Source: Dehalococcoidia bacterium (lineage in GTDB: Bacteria; Chloroflexota; Dehalococcoidia; SM23-28-2; RBG-16-64-32). Taken from it: 64,000 bases of DNA. Below, piece after piece: positions 1-10,300 of this stretch. The notes below the pieces were generated by a model. It searched no databases and was not told the origin of the DNA. It was given only the letters and a program-made list of their open reading frames with translations. The DNA lies in the NCBI GenBank assembly GCA_963665775.2, contig CAXXTF010000002.1, forward strand, positions 928,001-992,000, read 5' to 3'. How positions within the stretch are numbered: the first letter of the stretch is position 1; each line of letters starts with the position of its first letter. A program made the translations under genes and the position numbers.

Positions 1-2
1 CA

Positions 3-21
3 TTAAAGAAACGTTAAAGAA
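3..21. promoter_or_regulatory. Possible OmpR/PhoB-type regulator box (TTAAAGAA direct repeat, 11-bp period)
   Basis: TTAAAGAA at 3-10 and 14-21, with further TTAAG/CTAAC variants, upstream of the 127..780 gene. Confidence 0.3.
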
Positions 22-126
22 CTGGGCTCGATACCTTAAGAAGCTCTAACCCCTCTCTAACGGCCGTTTAAGGCCTCCGCCATACGATGTCACCAGGAGC
101 AAAGCCAAATTCCACGAGGAGGTGTT

Positions 127-780
127 GTGATGAAGAAGCTCCTGATCCTAGCAGCGGCGGTGGTGACCCTGAGCCTTACCGCCGTGGCCGCCACAGGGGC
201 GGCTGCCGATGGGGAGGATGGCCCCTTCGGAAACTTTCTGACCAGGGTCGCCGACAAGCTCGGCATCAGCGAGGAGCAGCTGGAGACGGCCATCCAGGAT
301 GCCCGGCTGGAGACGATAGACGAGGCGCTGGCCGAGGGTCGTATCACGGAGGAGCAGGCGGCCAAGATGAGGGAGCGCGTGCAGGAAGGCGCCAGCCTCT
401 TCCCGAAGCGGCCGCACCATCGCCCTGGGGCCGGAGTGATAGTGGGCTCGGCAGCACAGGTGCTGGACATGGAGAAGGCCGGCCTGGTCGAACAGCTGAA
501 GGACGGCAGCAGCCTGGCCGAGGTCGCCGAAGCGCAGGGGATGAGCGTGGAGGTTTTTACAGCCGCGCTGCTGAGCCAGACCGAGGCTCAGATCGACGAG
601 ATGGTGGATGAGGGTAAGCTGACCGCCGAGAAGGCCGAGCGTATCTCCCAGACCATCGAGGAGAACATCGACCGCATCGTGAACGGCCATCACGAGCCCG
701 GACGCCACCGCGGCCACTGGCACAGGGGCGGCGAGGGATCGCCCGCGCCATCCCAGACCTTCACCGAGGTAACCCTGTAG
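127..780 (+). CDS. Secreted helical hypothetical protein with His-rich segments
   Basis: RBS GAGGAGG, signal peptide MMKKLLILAAAVV..., two similar helical halves (GRITEEQA / GKLTAEKA). Confidence 0.8.
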   Translation: MMKKLLILAAAVVTLSLTAVAATGAAADGEDGPFGNFLTRVADKLGISEEQLETAIQDARLETIDEALAEGRITEEQAAKMRERVQEGASLFPKRPHHRPGAGVIVGSAAQVLDMEKAGLVEQLKDGSSLAEVAEAQGMSVEVFTAALLSQTEAQIDEMVDEGKLTAEKAERISQTIEENIDRIVNGHHEPGRHRGHWHRGGEGSPAPSQTFTEVTL

Positions 781-1029
781 GCGGGCGCTGGGTAAGCTCG
801 GAGAGGCCGGGGCACCCCTCGGCCTCCCCGAGCTTGCATGAGCTTTCCCATCGGGTCTGGCTTATTCCTTCAGCCAGAGCCCCCAACGGTTGACACTAGG
901 AGCTATGAGACTAAACTGGTCTCATACTGCCCCAGAGTTCCAGCCAGCGAGGGCAATCCCTCTAAGAATGGGACTCAACGTCGGGCGCTCGATTTAGCGC
1001 CTGGAAGACGGGCACGAAGGCGGCACCAT

Positions 1030-2145
1030 ATGGCCGCAAGATCAATCGCAGGGATAGCTGTCGGGCTATTCGTTATGGCGATCATGGCCGCCGCGGGGAC
1101 ATTTCTGGCACGGCCGGCGCTCGCGGGCAACTTAAATGGCGATGTTACAGTAGAGGCGACTCCCCTTACCGCCATAAATCCGGTGGGCACCGTCCATGAG
1201 ATCTGGGTCACCGTAAAGATGGACGGGTCGCCATATCCTGGCGCGCCGGTGAACTGGGAAGTGACCTTCGGGCCGAATCAAGGGGAATCTGGTAGCGGAA
1301 GCACCGATTCAAACGGCGACTACCACTTTATGTACACGGGCGACAGCGGTACCGGGACCGATACCATCGTGATAACAGTGCCCGATTATAGTGCTTCTAT
1401 CGAAGTCATGAAGACCTGGGTGCCCGTAACATCAACGTCCACGCCCACGCCTACTTCGACCAGCACACCCACACCCAGCTCAACGAGTACACCCACGCCT
1501 ACTTCCACATCTCCGCCCACGTCCACACCCACACCCACGCCTACTTCGACCTCAACACCCACACCGACCTCAACGTCTATTCCGACACCGACATCTACTC
1601 CGCCGGACGGAACGCCCGATGGAACTCCGGACGGAACGCCGCCGACTTCAATAACCATCACGATGGGACCGGCAGAGGGCCCGGGCGGTGGCGGCGAGCA
1701 GACCGGCACCGTCACCCTGACGGCCGTGAACGGCCAGACTGAGGTCGTGGTCGACATCATTCCGGGCGATCCCGCGGACGAACCGCAGCCCCTACACATC
1801 CACGAAGGCTCGTGCCCCGGTGTAGGGAGTGTAGCTTTCGACCTCACCGACGGCGGTGCCGCGGGCGTGGTCGGGGGTAGTTTTACGGCAATAGTCGATG
1901 TCTCCCTCACCTCCCTCCTGGCGGGTGACTTCTCAATCAACGTCCACAAATCCACCCCAGAGATTAGCGTTTACGTCTCCTGTGGCGATATCACCGCTCC
2001 AACACCAACACCGGGTGAGCTGCCTCCCACCGGTGGACCGGCCGGCGGAAGCTCCGGGGTCCCCTGGGAACTGCTAACCGCGCTGGTCGTCGGCGGAGTG
2101 GCCCTGGCAGGCGGCGCGGTAGCGCTGAGGCGGGGCCTGCGTTAG
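1030..2145 (+). CDS. Surface protein: Ig-like domain, Thr/Pro/Ser linker, CHRD/CuZn-SOD-like His domain, C-terminal LPPTG sorting signal
   Basis: Signal peptide from ATG 1030 (ORF open from 838); TPTPTSTS repeats; QPLHIHEGSC...INVHKS...VSCGDI; LPPTG + hydrophobic helix + RRGLR. Confidence 0.75.
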   Translation: MAARSIAGIAVGLFVMAIMAAAGTFLARPALAGNLNGDVTVEATPLTAINPVGTVHEIWVTVKMDGSPYPGAPVNWEVTFGPNQGESGSGSTDSNGDYHFMYTGDSGTGTDTIVITVPDYSASIEVMKTWVPVTSTSTPTPTSTSTPTPSSTSTPTPTSTSPPTSTPTPTPTSTSTPTPTSTSIPTPTSTPPDGTPDGTPDGTPPTSITITMGPAEGPGGGGEQTGTVTLTAVNGQTEVVVDIIPGDPADEPQPLHIHEGSCPGVGSVAFDLTDGGAAGVVGGSFTAIVDVSLTSLLAGDFSINVHKSTPEISVYVSCGDITAPTPTPGELPPTGGPAGGSSGVPWELLTALVVGGVALAGGAVALRRGLR

Positions 2146-2154
2146 AACACCGCC

Positions 2155-3087
2155 TTGCGTCACAGTGAATGGGGTGGCCTGCTCATTGTGCCCCTCGCCC
2201 TGCTGCTCGCCATCATCGCCGCAGCTTGTAGCGGCGATGACGAGCGTCACCTCCAGATCCTGTTCGACTCCGAGCGAAGTGGCAACCAAGACATATTCGT
2301 GATGCGGGACGACGGCAAGGAGGTGCGGCAGCTCACGGACGCACCGGGCCGCGACTACGAGCCGAACGCCAGCGACGACGGTTCGATGATAGTGTTCGTG
2401 TCGGACCGCGCCGGCGGAGAGGGAGCGCAGCTCTACCTGATGAGGTCCGACGGCTCGGAAGTGCGGCGGCTCACCTTCAGCCAAGGGGAAAGCGACACCG
2501 TGGTGGACGATTACGCACACTGGTCGCCAGACGGAAGAACGATTGTGTTCCAGCGCACGATCATCTCCGAGATAGCCCGAGGGCGGGATGCGGACATCTG
2601 GCTCATCGACATCGAGACGGGCGAAGAGAGGCAGCTCACCGATACGCCCGATGCCTGGGACAGTACGCCCAGCTTCTCAGCGGACGGACGATCTATTCTG
2701 TTCGAGAGCAACCGCGATGGTGACTTCGACCTGTACCGACTGGACCTGGCGACATCCCGAGTTGTGAACCTGACGAACGCCGGCGGAACGGATTTGGAGT
2801 CCAGCCAGTCACCGGACGGGAGCCGGATCGCGTTCGGGTCCAACAGGGACGGGGATTTCGAGATCTACGTGATGGACGCCGACGGCAGCAACGTACGGCA
2901 GCTGACGGACAACGCAGAGCTGGACCGGTGCCCGCACTGGTCGCCGGACGGCAAGCTCATCGCGTTCTACTCGGACCGAAACGGGGACCGAGAGATCTAC
3001 GTAATGAACGCCGACGGTAGCGGCGTCCGCCAGGTCACCGACGCCCCCGGTAACGATGAGGTCCCCAACTGGTTGGTGAAGCCCTAG
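2155..3087 (+). CDS. TolB-like PD40 beta-propeller lipoprotein
   Basis: Lipobox AAAC; repeated WSPDG..IAF.S.RDG..EIYVM.ADGS units. Confidence 0.9.
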   Translation: MRHSEWGGLLIVPLALLLAIIAAACSGDDERHLQILFDSERSGNQDIFVMRDDGKEVRQLTDAPGRDYEPNASDDGSMIVFVSDRAGGEGAQLYLMRSDGSEVRRLTFSQGESDTVVDDYAHWSPDGRTIVFQRTIISEIARGRDADIWLIDIETGEERQLTDTPDAWDSTPSFSADGRSILFESNRDGDFDLYRLDLATSRVVNLTNAGGTDLESSQSPDGSRIAFGSNRDGDFEIYVMDADGSNVRQLTDNAELDRCPHWSPDGKLIAFYSDRNGDREIYVMNADGSGVRQVTDAPGNDEVPNWLVKP

Positions 3088-3448
3088 GGGCCAAGGGGCA
3101 ACTCAGCCGTCGGTCGGGGTGGCAATCTGGCTGACAGCACCGGCACCACGATAGTTGTAAACGTTGTATACTTATGTGCGGTTTATACCATCGCTAGCTG
3201 GAGGAGCGACGTGACGCTCCTTTCTCGCGTCGCAGGGTAGACAAACAGTCCAGAGGCCAGCCTGGGGGCAGGTTGGCCTATCCGATACTCTACCCGCTGA
3301 CTCGCGGCGGGCCGCGCGGTGAAGGGGGTGATCGCTTACTGCGAGAGTCCAATGCATCCAGAGCGTCATACTTAGCTAGTGGAAAACGCGGCTCGCCCCC
3401 CAGAGTGTTCCCCGGCTGGGAGCCAGACAGTTACAGAAGGAGGATCCG

Positions 3449-4285
3449 ATGACCCAATATCACAACTCCTCGGCACTGGTGGAAACGGATTGGCTCGCCT
3501 CTAACCTCGACGACTCCGGCACCCGAGTTATCGAGGTGGACGAGGACAACGCCGCCTATGACACCACCCATATCCCCGGCGCCATCGCCTGGCACTGGCA
3601 GGATGATCTCCACGACCCCCTCAGGAGAGACATCATCGACGCCGCTGGCCTGCAGGCGCTCCTTTCGCGCTCCGGGGTCGGCGCCAACACTACGGTTATC
3701 CTCTACGGAGGCAACAACAACTGGTTCGCCGCTTACGCCTACTGGTTTCTCAAGTACCGGGGCTTCGACAACGTCAAGCTCCTCAACGGCGGACGCAAGA
3801 AGTGGGAGGGCGAAAATAGGACTATGACGGCAGACCGCCCCAGCGTAGCATCCGCTCAGCCCCCGCAGCTGGCCGGCGTTCGTCCCGAGATCCGCGCCAC
3901 CAGGGACGAAGTGCTCTCGAAGCAGGGTACCAACCAGGCCGTCTTCATCGATGTCCGCTCCCCGCAGGAGTTCAGCGGCGAGCTCTTGGCCCCACCCCAC
4001 CTGCCCCAGGAGCAGGCACAGGTACCCGGTCACATCCCGGGAGCCAAGAACATCACCTGGAGCAAGGCCGCCGCCGAGGACGGGACGTTCAGGTCACTTT
4101 CCGAGCTGCAGGAGCTATACGGCCCCGCCAGCGGCACTGAGCAGATCGCCTACTGCCGTATCGGTGAGCGCTCTTCCCACACCTGGTTCGTCCTCCACGA
4201 GCTGCTCGGCTACCAGAACGTCAAGAACTACGACGGCTCCTGGACGGAGTACGGCAGCCTGGTGGGCGTCCCCGTCGCGCGCTAG
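3449..4285 (+). CDS. Tandem-domain rhodanese/thiosulfate sulfurtransferase
   Basis: HIPGA motifs, active-site YCRIGERS, C-terminal YDGSWTEY signature; RBS AAGGAGG. Confidence 0.95.
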   Translation: MTQYHNSSALVETDWLASNLDDSGTRVIEVDEDNAAYDTTHIPGAIAWHWQDDLHDPLRRDIIDAAGLQALLSRSGVGANTTVILYGGNNNWFAAYAYWFLKYRGFDNVKLLNGGRKKWEGENRTMTADRPSVASAQPPQLAGVRPEIRATRDEVLSKQGTNQAVFIDVRSPQEFSGELLAPPHLPQEQAQVPGHIPGAKNITWSKAAAEDGTFRSLSELQELYGPASGTEQIAYCRIGERSSHTWFVLHELLGYQNVKNYDGSWTEYGSLVGVPVAR

Positions 4286-4468
4286 CCGCTACGGCACCCG
4301 TTGCCAGGCAGTTGGTTGGCGATGGGTGCCGTACCTCGCTAGAGCCTTGCCGGGATCCTGCCCAGGCAGAACTCCAGCCTGATCTGGGAAGGGGTTGACC
4401 CAAAGAGTTCGGTGGGCCAGCGTTGAGGCTGTGGGGCAGCGCGACGCCCCCGGAGAAGGTATGCTTTT

Positions 4469-5362
4469 TTGAAGACACAAACAGCGGCCGATACGTCCAA
4501 GACCAGCCAGGAAAAGCTAAATAGTCTGAAGGCCAACCTCCGGGAGATGGGCTCGGTCATTGTGGCCTACTCCGGCGGCGCTGACAGCGCCTTTCTGGCC
4601 GCCGTCGCCAGCGAGGCGCTGGGGCAGCGGGCGCTGGCTGTCACCGCCGCGTCGCCTAGCCTCGCGCCGTCCGAGCTGCGGGAGGCGGTGTCTCTCGCCG
4701 AGCGCCTGGGGCTGAACCACCGCGTCATCGAGACCAAAGAGGTCGAGCGCGCCGATTATCTGGCCAACAATCCCAACCGATGCTTCTTCTGCAAGGACGA
4801 GCTGTACACCCACCTGACCCGTTTCGCTGCCGAGGAAGGCTTCGCGCGAGTCGCCAACGGCACCAACGTAGACGACCTGGGAGATTTCCGGCCCGGCCTG
4901 GAGGCGGCCAAGCGGTACGGCGTGTGCAGCCCCTTAGTTGAGGCTGAACTTACGAAGGCGGAGATTCGTTCCCTGTCCAAGGATATGGGTCTTCCCACCT
5001 GGGATAAGCCGGCCCAGGCCTGCTTGGCCTCGCGTATTCCTTACGGCACCAGCGTCTCAGTGGAGGCGCTCACCCGCATCGCAAAGGCTGAGGAGTTCCT
5101 GCACGATCTGGGCATCAAGCAGCTCCGCGTCAGGCATCACGACGCTATCGCCCGAATTGAAGTGGAGCCGCAAGATTTTCCGCGCATCTTGGATGAGGGC
5201 ACCCGGAAGCGAGTCAGCGAGTACTTCCGTTCCATAGGCTACGCCTACGTCACGCTGGATCTGGAGGGCTTCCGTTCTGGCAGCCTTAACGAGGTTCTCC
5301 CATCGCTGGGGGAGAAAGGGGGCGCTATGGCTGAGGACGTAATACCGTTACACGCCAGTTAG
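4469..5362 (+). CDS. larE: ATP-dependent sulfur transferase LarE
   Basis: PP-loop SGGADS, RCFFCK, DFRPG, WDKPAQACLASRIPYG, GFRSGSLN. Confidence 0.92.
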   Translation: MKTQTAADTSKTSQEKLNSLKANLREMGSVIVAYSGGADSAFLAAVASEALGQRALAVTAASPSLAPSELREAVSLAERLGLNHRVIETKEVERADYLANNPNRCFFCKDELYTHLTRFAAEEGFARVANGTNVDDLGDFRPGLEAAKRYGVCSPLVEAELTKAEIRSLSKDMGLPTWDKPAQACLASRIPYGTSVSVEALTRIAKAEEFLHDLGIKQLRVRHHDAIARIEVEPQDFPRILDEGTRKRVSEYFRSIGYAYVTLDLEGFRSGSLNEVLPSLGEKGGAMAEDVIPLHAS

Positions 5363-5410
5363 GACATGGAACGGCCACCAATCATCATAAAACACAAGGG
5401 GCGCAATAAG

Positions 5411-6136
5411 ATGTACGATCTCAAGACCATCACACCGGCGCAGACGACGGAGCTTGGGAACGCTCTCAGCGGGCTGGGCTCAGGGGCCCAAAGCATGGAA
5501 GAAGCGGCCAACAGGATTGTTCGCCACCTTCAGGAAAATCTGATTGACGCGCAGAGTGGCCAGAAGTCGTGCGCGCTGGTCCGTTTCTACAAGTCGCACC
5601 CGTACGTAGAACTGGATGAGGGCCTTCAGGAGTTCGCCCGTGGGGTGCTGGGCGCGACCCCCGAGTCACCAGACATGAAGTGCCTGACCCTACTGGCAAC
5701 AGTCGGAGATCAACCACAGTGGAACTCGAGGGCGAACTCACAAGGACACAAGGCCATCCCGCTGGCCAGCGAGCAGGTGATCGCATCGATACCGATGATT
5801 TCACGACTCGTCAGTCAGTTTGGACTAGATGTGAGCGCTGTGGTGAAGCCAGAGCCCGGTCTCATTGGCGACCTCGCGCAGAAGACGTATAACACTTTCT
5901 ATATAGAGTAAGCGGCGGGAAGTCAATACATACCGGCCCAAGACGAGTTCGTGATTCCGTTCGGCATACAGTCGGCGCTTGGCTTCGGCGGCATACTGAC
6001 CTCCGGGGAGCTCTTCGCGGTCATCATGTTCTCCAAGACTCCCATCCCTGCGGCGACCGCTGAGAACCTCAAGGCTCTAGCGCCAAAGGTAAAGGAGGCG
6101 GTGCTGTCGTTCGTGGGCGCAAAGGTTTTCGCCTGA
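5411..6136 (+). pseudogene. Conserved hypothetical (GAF-like) protein interrupted by one in-frame TAA
   Basis: ORF stops at TAA 5909-5911 but the same frame continues AAGSQYIPAQDEFVIPFG... to 6136. Confidence 0.7.
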
Positions 6137-6287
6137 GCCGAGCACTCTCCTCCGGATGAGCAAATGTCGCAGGGCGAACCGGACCACGCGGGTAGTCACT
6201 ACCTAGGGGCGACCCGGCGCGCCCTCGCTGTCCCCAGGCTTCACCTGGAGACTGTTGGCACGACAGGGAGGAGCTTCGCCCCCTGCT

Positions 6288-6315
6288 TTGCATGCTAGCC
6301 CTTAGTTGGTATCAT
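6288..6315 (+). promoter_or_regulatory. Sigma70-type promoter for the tRNA cluster
   Basis: TTGCAT-16bp-TATCAT with extended -10 TG. Confidence 0.5.
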
Positions 6316-6446
6316 TGAGCGGAAGCGGGCCAGAGTTGGCCTCCAACCAGGCAGGCTCATGACCACTTCGACCGTGCGCAGCTGGCATGACTAGTCCATC
6401 CAGGACGGGTCTCGAGTTCGAGTTCCATTTCTCGTGCCGTACTTCT

Positions 6447-6535
6447 GCCGAAGTGGCGGAATTGGCAGACGCGGCAGACTCAAAATCTGCTGAGGGGTAA
6501 CCTTCGTGCCGGTTCGAGTCCGGCCTTCGGCACCA
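6447..6535 (+). tRNA. tRNA-Leu(CAA)
   Basis: Acceptor GCCGAAG/CTTCGGC, anticodon arm GCAGA-CTCAAAA-TCTGC, long variable arm, TTCGAGT loop, encoded CCA. Confidence 0.97.
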
Positions 6536-6560
6536 CACAACTGCATAGCACCCAGTCCAG

Positions 6561-6634
6561 TGCGGAGTGGTGTAACGGTAGCACACGGGACTTTGGATCC
6601 CATAGTCCAGGTTCGAATCCTGGCTCCGCAGCCA
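6561..6634 (+). tRNA. tRNA-Gln(TTG)
   Basis: Acceptor TGCGGAG/CTCCGCA, anticodon loop CTTTGGA, TTCGAAT loop, CCA. Confidence 0.96.
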
Positions 6635-6654
6635 GATGACTTGGGTCAACGCGC

Positions 6655-6729
6655 TCCCCGGTAGCTCAACGGTAGAGCGGGCGGCTGTTAACCGCTAGGT
6701 TGTAGGTTCGAATCCTGCCCGGGGAGCCA
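6655..6729 (+). tRNA. tRNA-Asn(GTT); integration target of the island
   Basis: Acceptor TCCCCGG/CCGGGGA, anticodon arm GCGG-CTGTTAA-CCGC, TTCGAAT loop, CCA. Confidence 0.97.
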
Positions 6730-7119
6730 GTTCACCAGCCAGGAGTTTACCCAGGTCCTTCAGGACCGCGGTGTGAAGATCAGCATGAACGGGAAGGGAA
6801 GGTATGCGGACAACATCTTCGTGGAGCGGCTGTGGCGCACGGTGAAGTACGAGGAGGTGTACCTGAAAGCCTACGCCAGCGCGGGGGAGGCCCGGAGGGA
6901 ACTGGGAGCTTACTTCCGGTTCTATAATGACCAGAGGCTCCATCAGGCCCTGGGATACCGGACCCCAGGCGAGGTGTTCAGCGAGGCCACGGCCCTCCGG
7001 GAGGAAGAGTCGAAGAAGAGGAGGTGTTCACCGGAACCAGTGGTGGTATCATCGGCAGAAGTGGCGGGACTCTCACTTAACTCCGCCCCAATTCTGTCCA
7101 ACTGACTGGGTCCACCTCA
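6722..7119 (+). mobile_element. IS3-family transposase 3' half with right end, fused directly to tRNA-Asn
   Basis: GSQFTSQEF...ISMNGKGRYADNIFVERLWRTVKYEEVYL; terminal ...CTGTCCAACTGACTGGGTCCACCTCA. Confidence 0.88.
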
Positions 7120-7331
7120 CTTTCCAAACAGCCTGGTGTCCTGCGGGTGCGGGAGATCACCTCGCCGCAGCCGGACGGGACGGCGGCCGGCAGGTCGCCC
7201 GCCTGCGACGGCAACAGGACCAGTGGAGGACAGGCGCCGTCCCGATAGGCGCCCGCACCGCTGAGGTCAAGCGAGGCCACGCGACCGGCCATGCACTGAG
7301 AAGACCACTCCCCCACAGGAAGAAGACACAG

Positions 7332-10300
7332 ATGATTCAAGGAAGGCTGTTCAGGGCGTCGGCTGTTGCCTTCGCGATGGTAGCCGTCACGTTCTTCGCG
7401 GTGTTCGGCTCCGGGGCGTCCGCCGATGAGGAGGAGGTCAAGACTCGGGACCAGGGTCAGGACGAGGCTGTGACGCTCCCGGAGAACCAGGCTCCGGCCA
7501 TCCCAGAGAAGCAAGGACAAAGATACCCCAACCTCGGCTCCCACTTGGACCGACTGGTGATCCAGGTCGAGGCGGGAGAAGCCTCCGTTCAAGACGCCGC
7601 CGAAGGCGCTGCGATGCCCGGGGGAGGAACGGTGGCAGTGACCATCCACCTCTCCGGCAACGTGGATGAGGTCGTTAGGTTCCTGGAGGACAACGGGGGC
7701 GACCCGCGCAACGTGGGTGAGGACTACATCGAGTCATACGTGCCGGTTACCTTGTTGAGACGGGTCTCGCAGCAGGCGGGCGTCATACGTGTGCGGGAAA
7801 TCGTCGTGGCGGAGCCGGACCAGAGTCCCTCGCGGGTGGCCGGGCACGGCCCGCCCGTGCACGGCTCCGCGGCCTGGAACAAGGTCGGATACGCCGGGCA
7901 GGGCGTCAAGGTAGGGATAATCGACGGTGACTTCAGGGGCCTGAGCAGCCTCATGGGAACCGACCTGCCGACGACGGTGGTCGCCCGCTGCTACACGGAT
8001 GTCGGCGTGTTCTCCAAGAATCTCGCCGACTGCGAGGCGGTCAGTGACGAGACTGTTTACCTCCCGTTCCCGGAATGTGGCGAAGCTGTTCAGCGCAGCA
8101 GCGTCCGCGATGCCGGTCATGGCACGATAGTTTCCGAGGCGATCATTGACATAGCTCCGGAGGTGTCACTGTACATCGCCAACCCACAATCAAAGGCAGA
8201 CATGCAAGATGTCGTTGAGTGGATGGCATCTGAAGGTGTAGCGGTTATCAACCAATCACAGAATTGGTTCCTTGATGGTCCCGGCGATGGCACTTCGCCA
8301 CGCAGCAACAGTCCGCTACGGACCGTGGATCTGGCCGTGGCCCGCGACATCACTTGGGTCAACTCAACTGGCAATACTGCTCGGAATACCTGGTTTGGGG
8401 GCTACGAGGACCCGGACGGCGATAGGATCATCAGCTTCGCGAGCGGCCTGAATGGCGAATTTCTCGATATCCCTGTCGGGGAGTGCAGGAGGTATACCGT
8501 TCAGCTGCGGTGGGAAGACACCTGGAACGGAACGAGTACGGATCTCGACCTATATCTTTACGACAAGCGATCTGGCGAACTCATTCCAGCAATGTCCAGC
8601 CGGGATGAACAATCGGGAGAAAGTGGTCATGAACCATTTGAATGGTTGCGATTCTGGTCCAGGACTGACAGCGATGATCTTAGTCTAGTAGTATACCACC
8701 ACGGTGGCGACGCGCCCGACTGGATTCAGTTGATGGTATGGGGAACCGCGTCTATCGAGCACTACACCAAAAGCGGCAGCATTGGGAACCCGTCGGAGAG
8801 CGCGAATCCCGGTTTGTTGGCGGTGGGCGCAGCCCATTGGGACGACGTTCGCGCCATCGAACCCTATAGCAGCCGCGGTCCAACCCCCGACGGGAGGGTT
8901 AAGCCCGACGTCGTCGGAGCGGACTGCGGAGCAACGGCGCTGGAACCTCTGAATGAGTACAACCAAGGATTCTGCGGCACCAGCCAGGCGGCGCCCCACG
9001 TGGCCGGTATGGCGGCCCTTGTACGCCAGCGGTTCCCAGGTTACACCCCTGCCCAAGTGGCCGGGTACCTGAAAGACACTGCCCAGCAGCGCCAGAGCCC
9101 CGACCCCAATAACACCTGGGGGCACGGATTCGCCAAGCTCCCGGCGCCCGACGGGTCAGTGTCCACGGTGCCGACGCCGTCCAATGCCTTTACCCGGAAT
9201 CTTGCGGCGGAATTCGACACATTGACCGGCGCTTTCAATTGGACGCCACAGGGCATCTGGTCCGACGGGACGACGATGTGGGTGGCGGACTGGCTCGACG
9301 CTAAGCTCTACGCATACCACGCGGTGACCAAAGCGCGGGTCCCCGGCAGGGACTTCGATACGCTGGCGGCCGCCGGCAACACTTGGCCGAGTGGCATCTG
9401 GTCCGACGGGACGACGATGTGGGTGGCGGACTGGCTTGACCAAGAGATTTACGCCTACGACATCGCGTCCAAGGCGCGGGTCCCCGGAAAGGAGTTCAAC
9501 ACCCTGGAAGCTGCCGGCAACGCTTGGCCGCAGGGAATCTGGTCCGATGGGACGACGATGTACGTCGCGGACTTCGCCGACGAGAAGATCTACGCCTACG
9601 ACATGGAGACGAGGGCGAGGGTTCCCGGCAAGGACTACGATACCTTGAGGGCCGCTAGAAACAGGTCTCCGCGTGGCATCTGGTCTGACGGGACGACGAT
9701 GTGGGTGGCGGACTCGGATAAGGAGAAGGTCTACGCCTACGACGTGGCGACGCGGGCACGGGTTTCCGGCAGGGAGTTCAATACCCTGGAAGCTGCCGGT
9801 AACTGGGGACCGCGAGGCATCTGGTCCGACGGGACGACGATGTGGGTGGCGGACTTCACGGGCACTGAAGAGACGATATACGCCTACTCCATGCTGAAAG
9901 AATCTGCCGCGGACAAGGGAGAGCTGATTGCCTTCTACAACGCCACCGGCGGCACTGGCTGGACGAACAACGCCAACTGGCTGACGAGCTCACCAATGGG
10001 CCACTGGCACGGCGTAACCATCGACGACGATGGCCGCGTCACTCGACTGGATCTCCACAATAACCAACTGAGCGGGAATATACCGTCGGAGTTGGGCAAC
10101 CTCTCCAATCTAAGAGAGCTGGTACTGAGCGAAAATCAGTTGACCGGGTCTGTCCCAACGTGGCTGGGGAACCTCGCCAACTTGACGGTGCTGAGCTTGG
10201 GGGGCAATCAACTGACGGGGGAGATACCGACTGAGTTGGGGAGCCTCTCCAACTTGACGGTGCTGAGCCTCTCAGACAACCAGTTGACCGGGTGTATCCC

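Noticed and set aside
6927-7331. N-terminal extension of the 1406-aa ORF
   Set aside because: Overlaps the IS3 remnant and a separate gene fragment; the signal peptide begins at 7332
9240-9890. CRISPR-like periodic repeats
   Set aside because: In-frame protein repeats of the S8 gene; no CRISPR array or cas genes seen in the window
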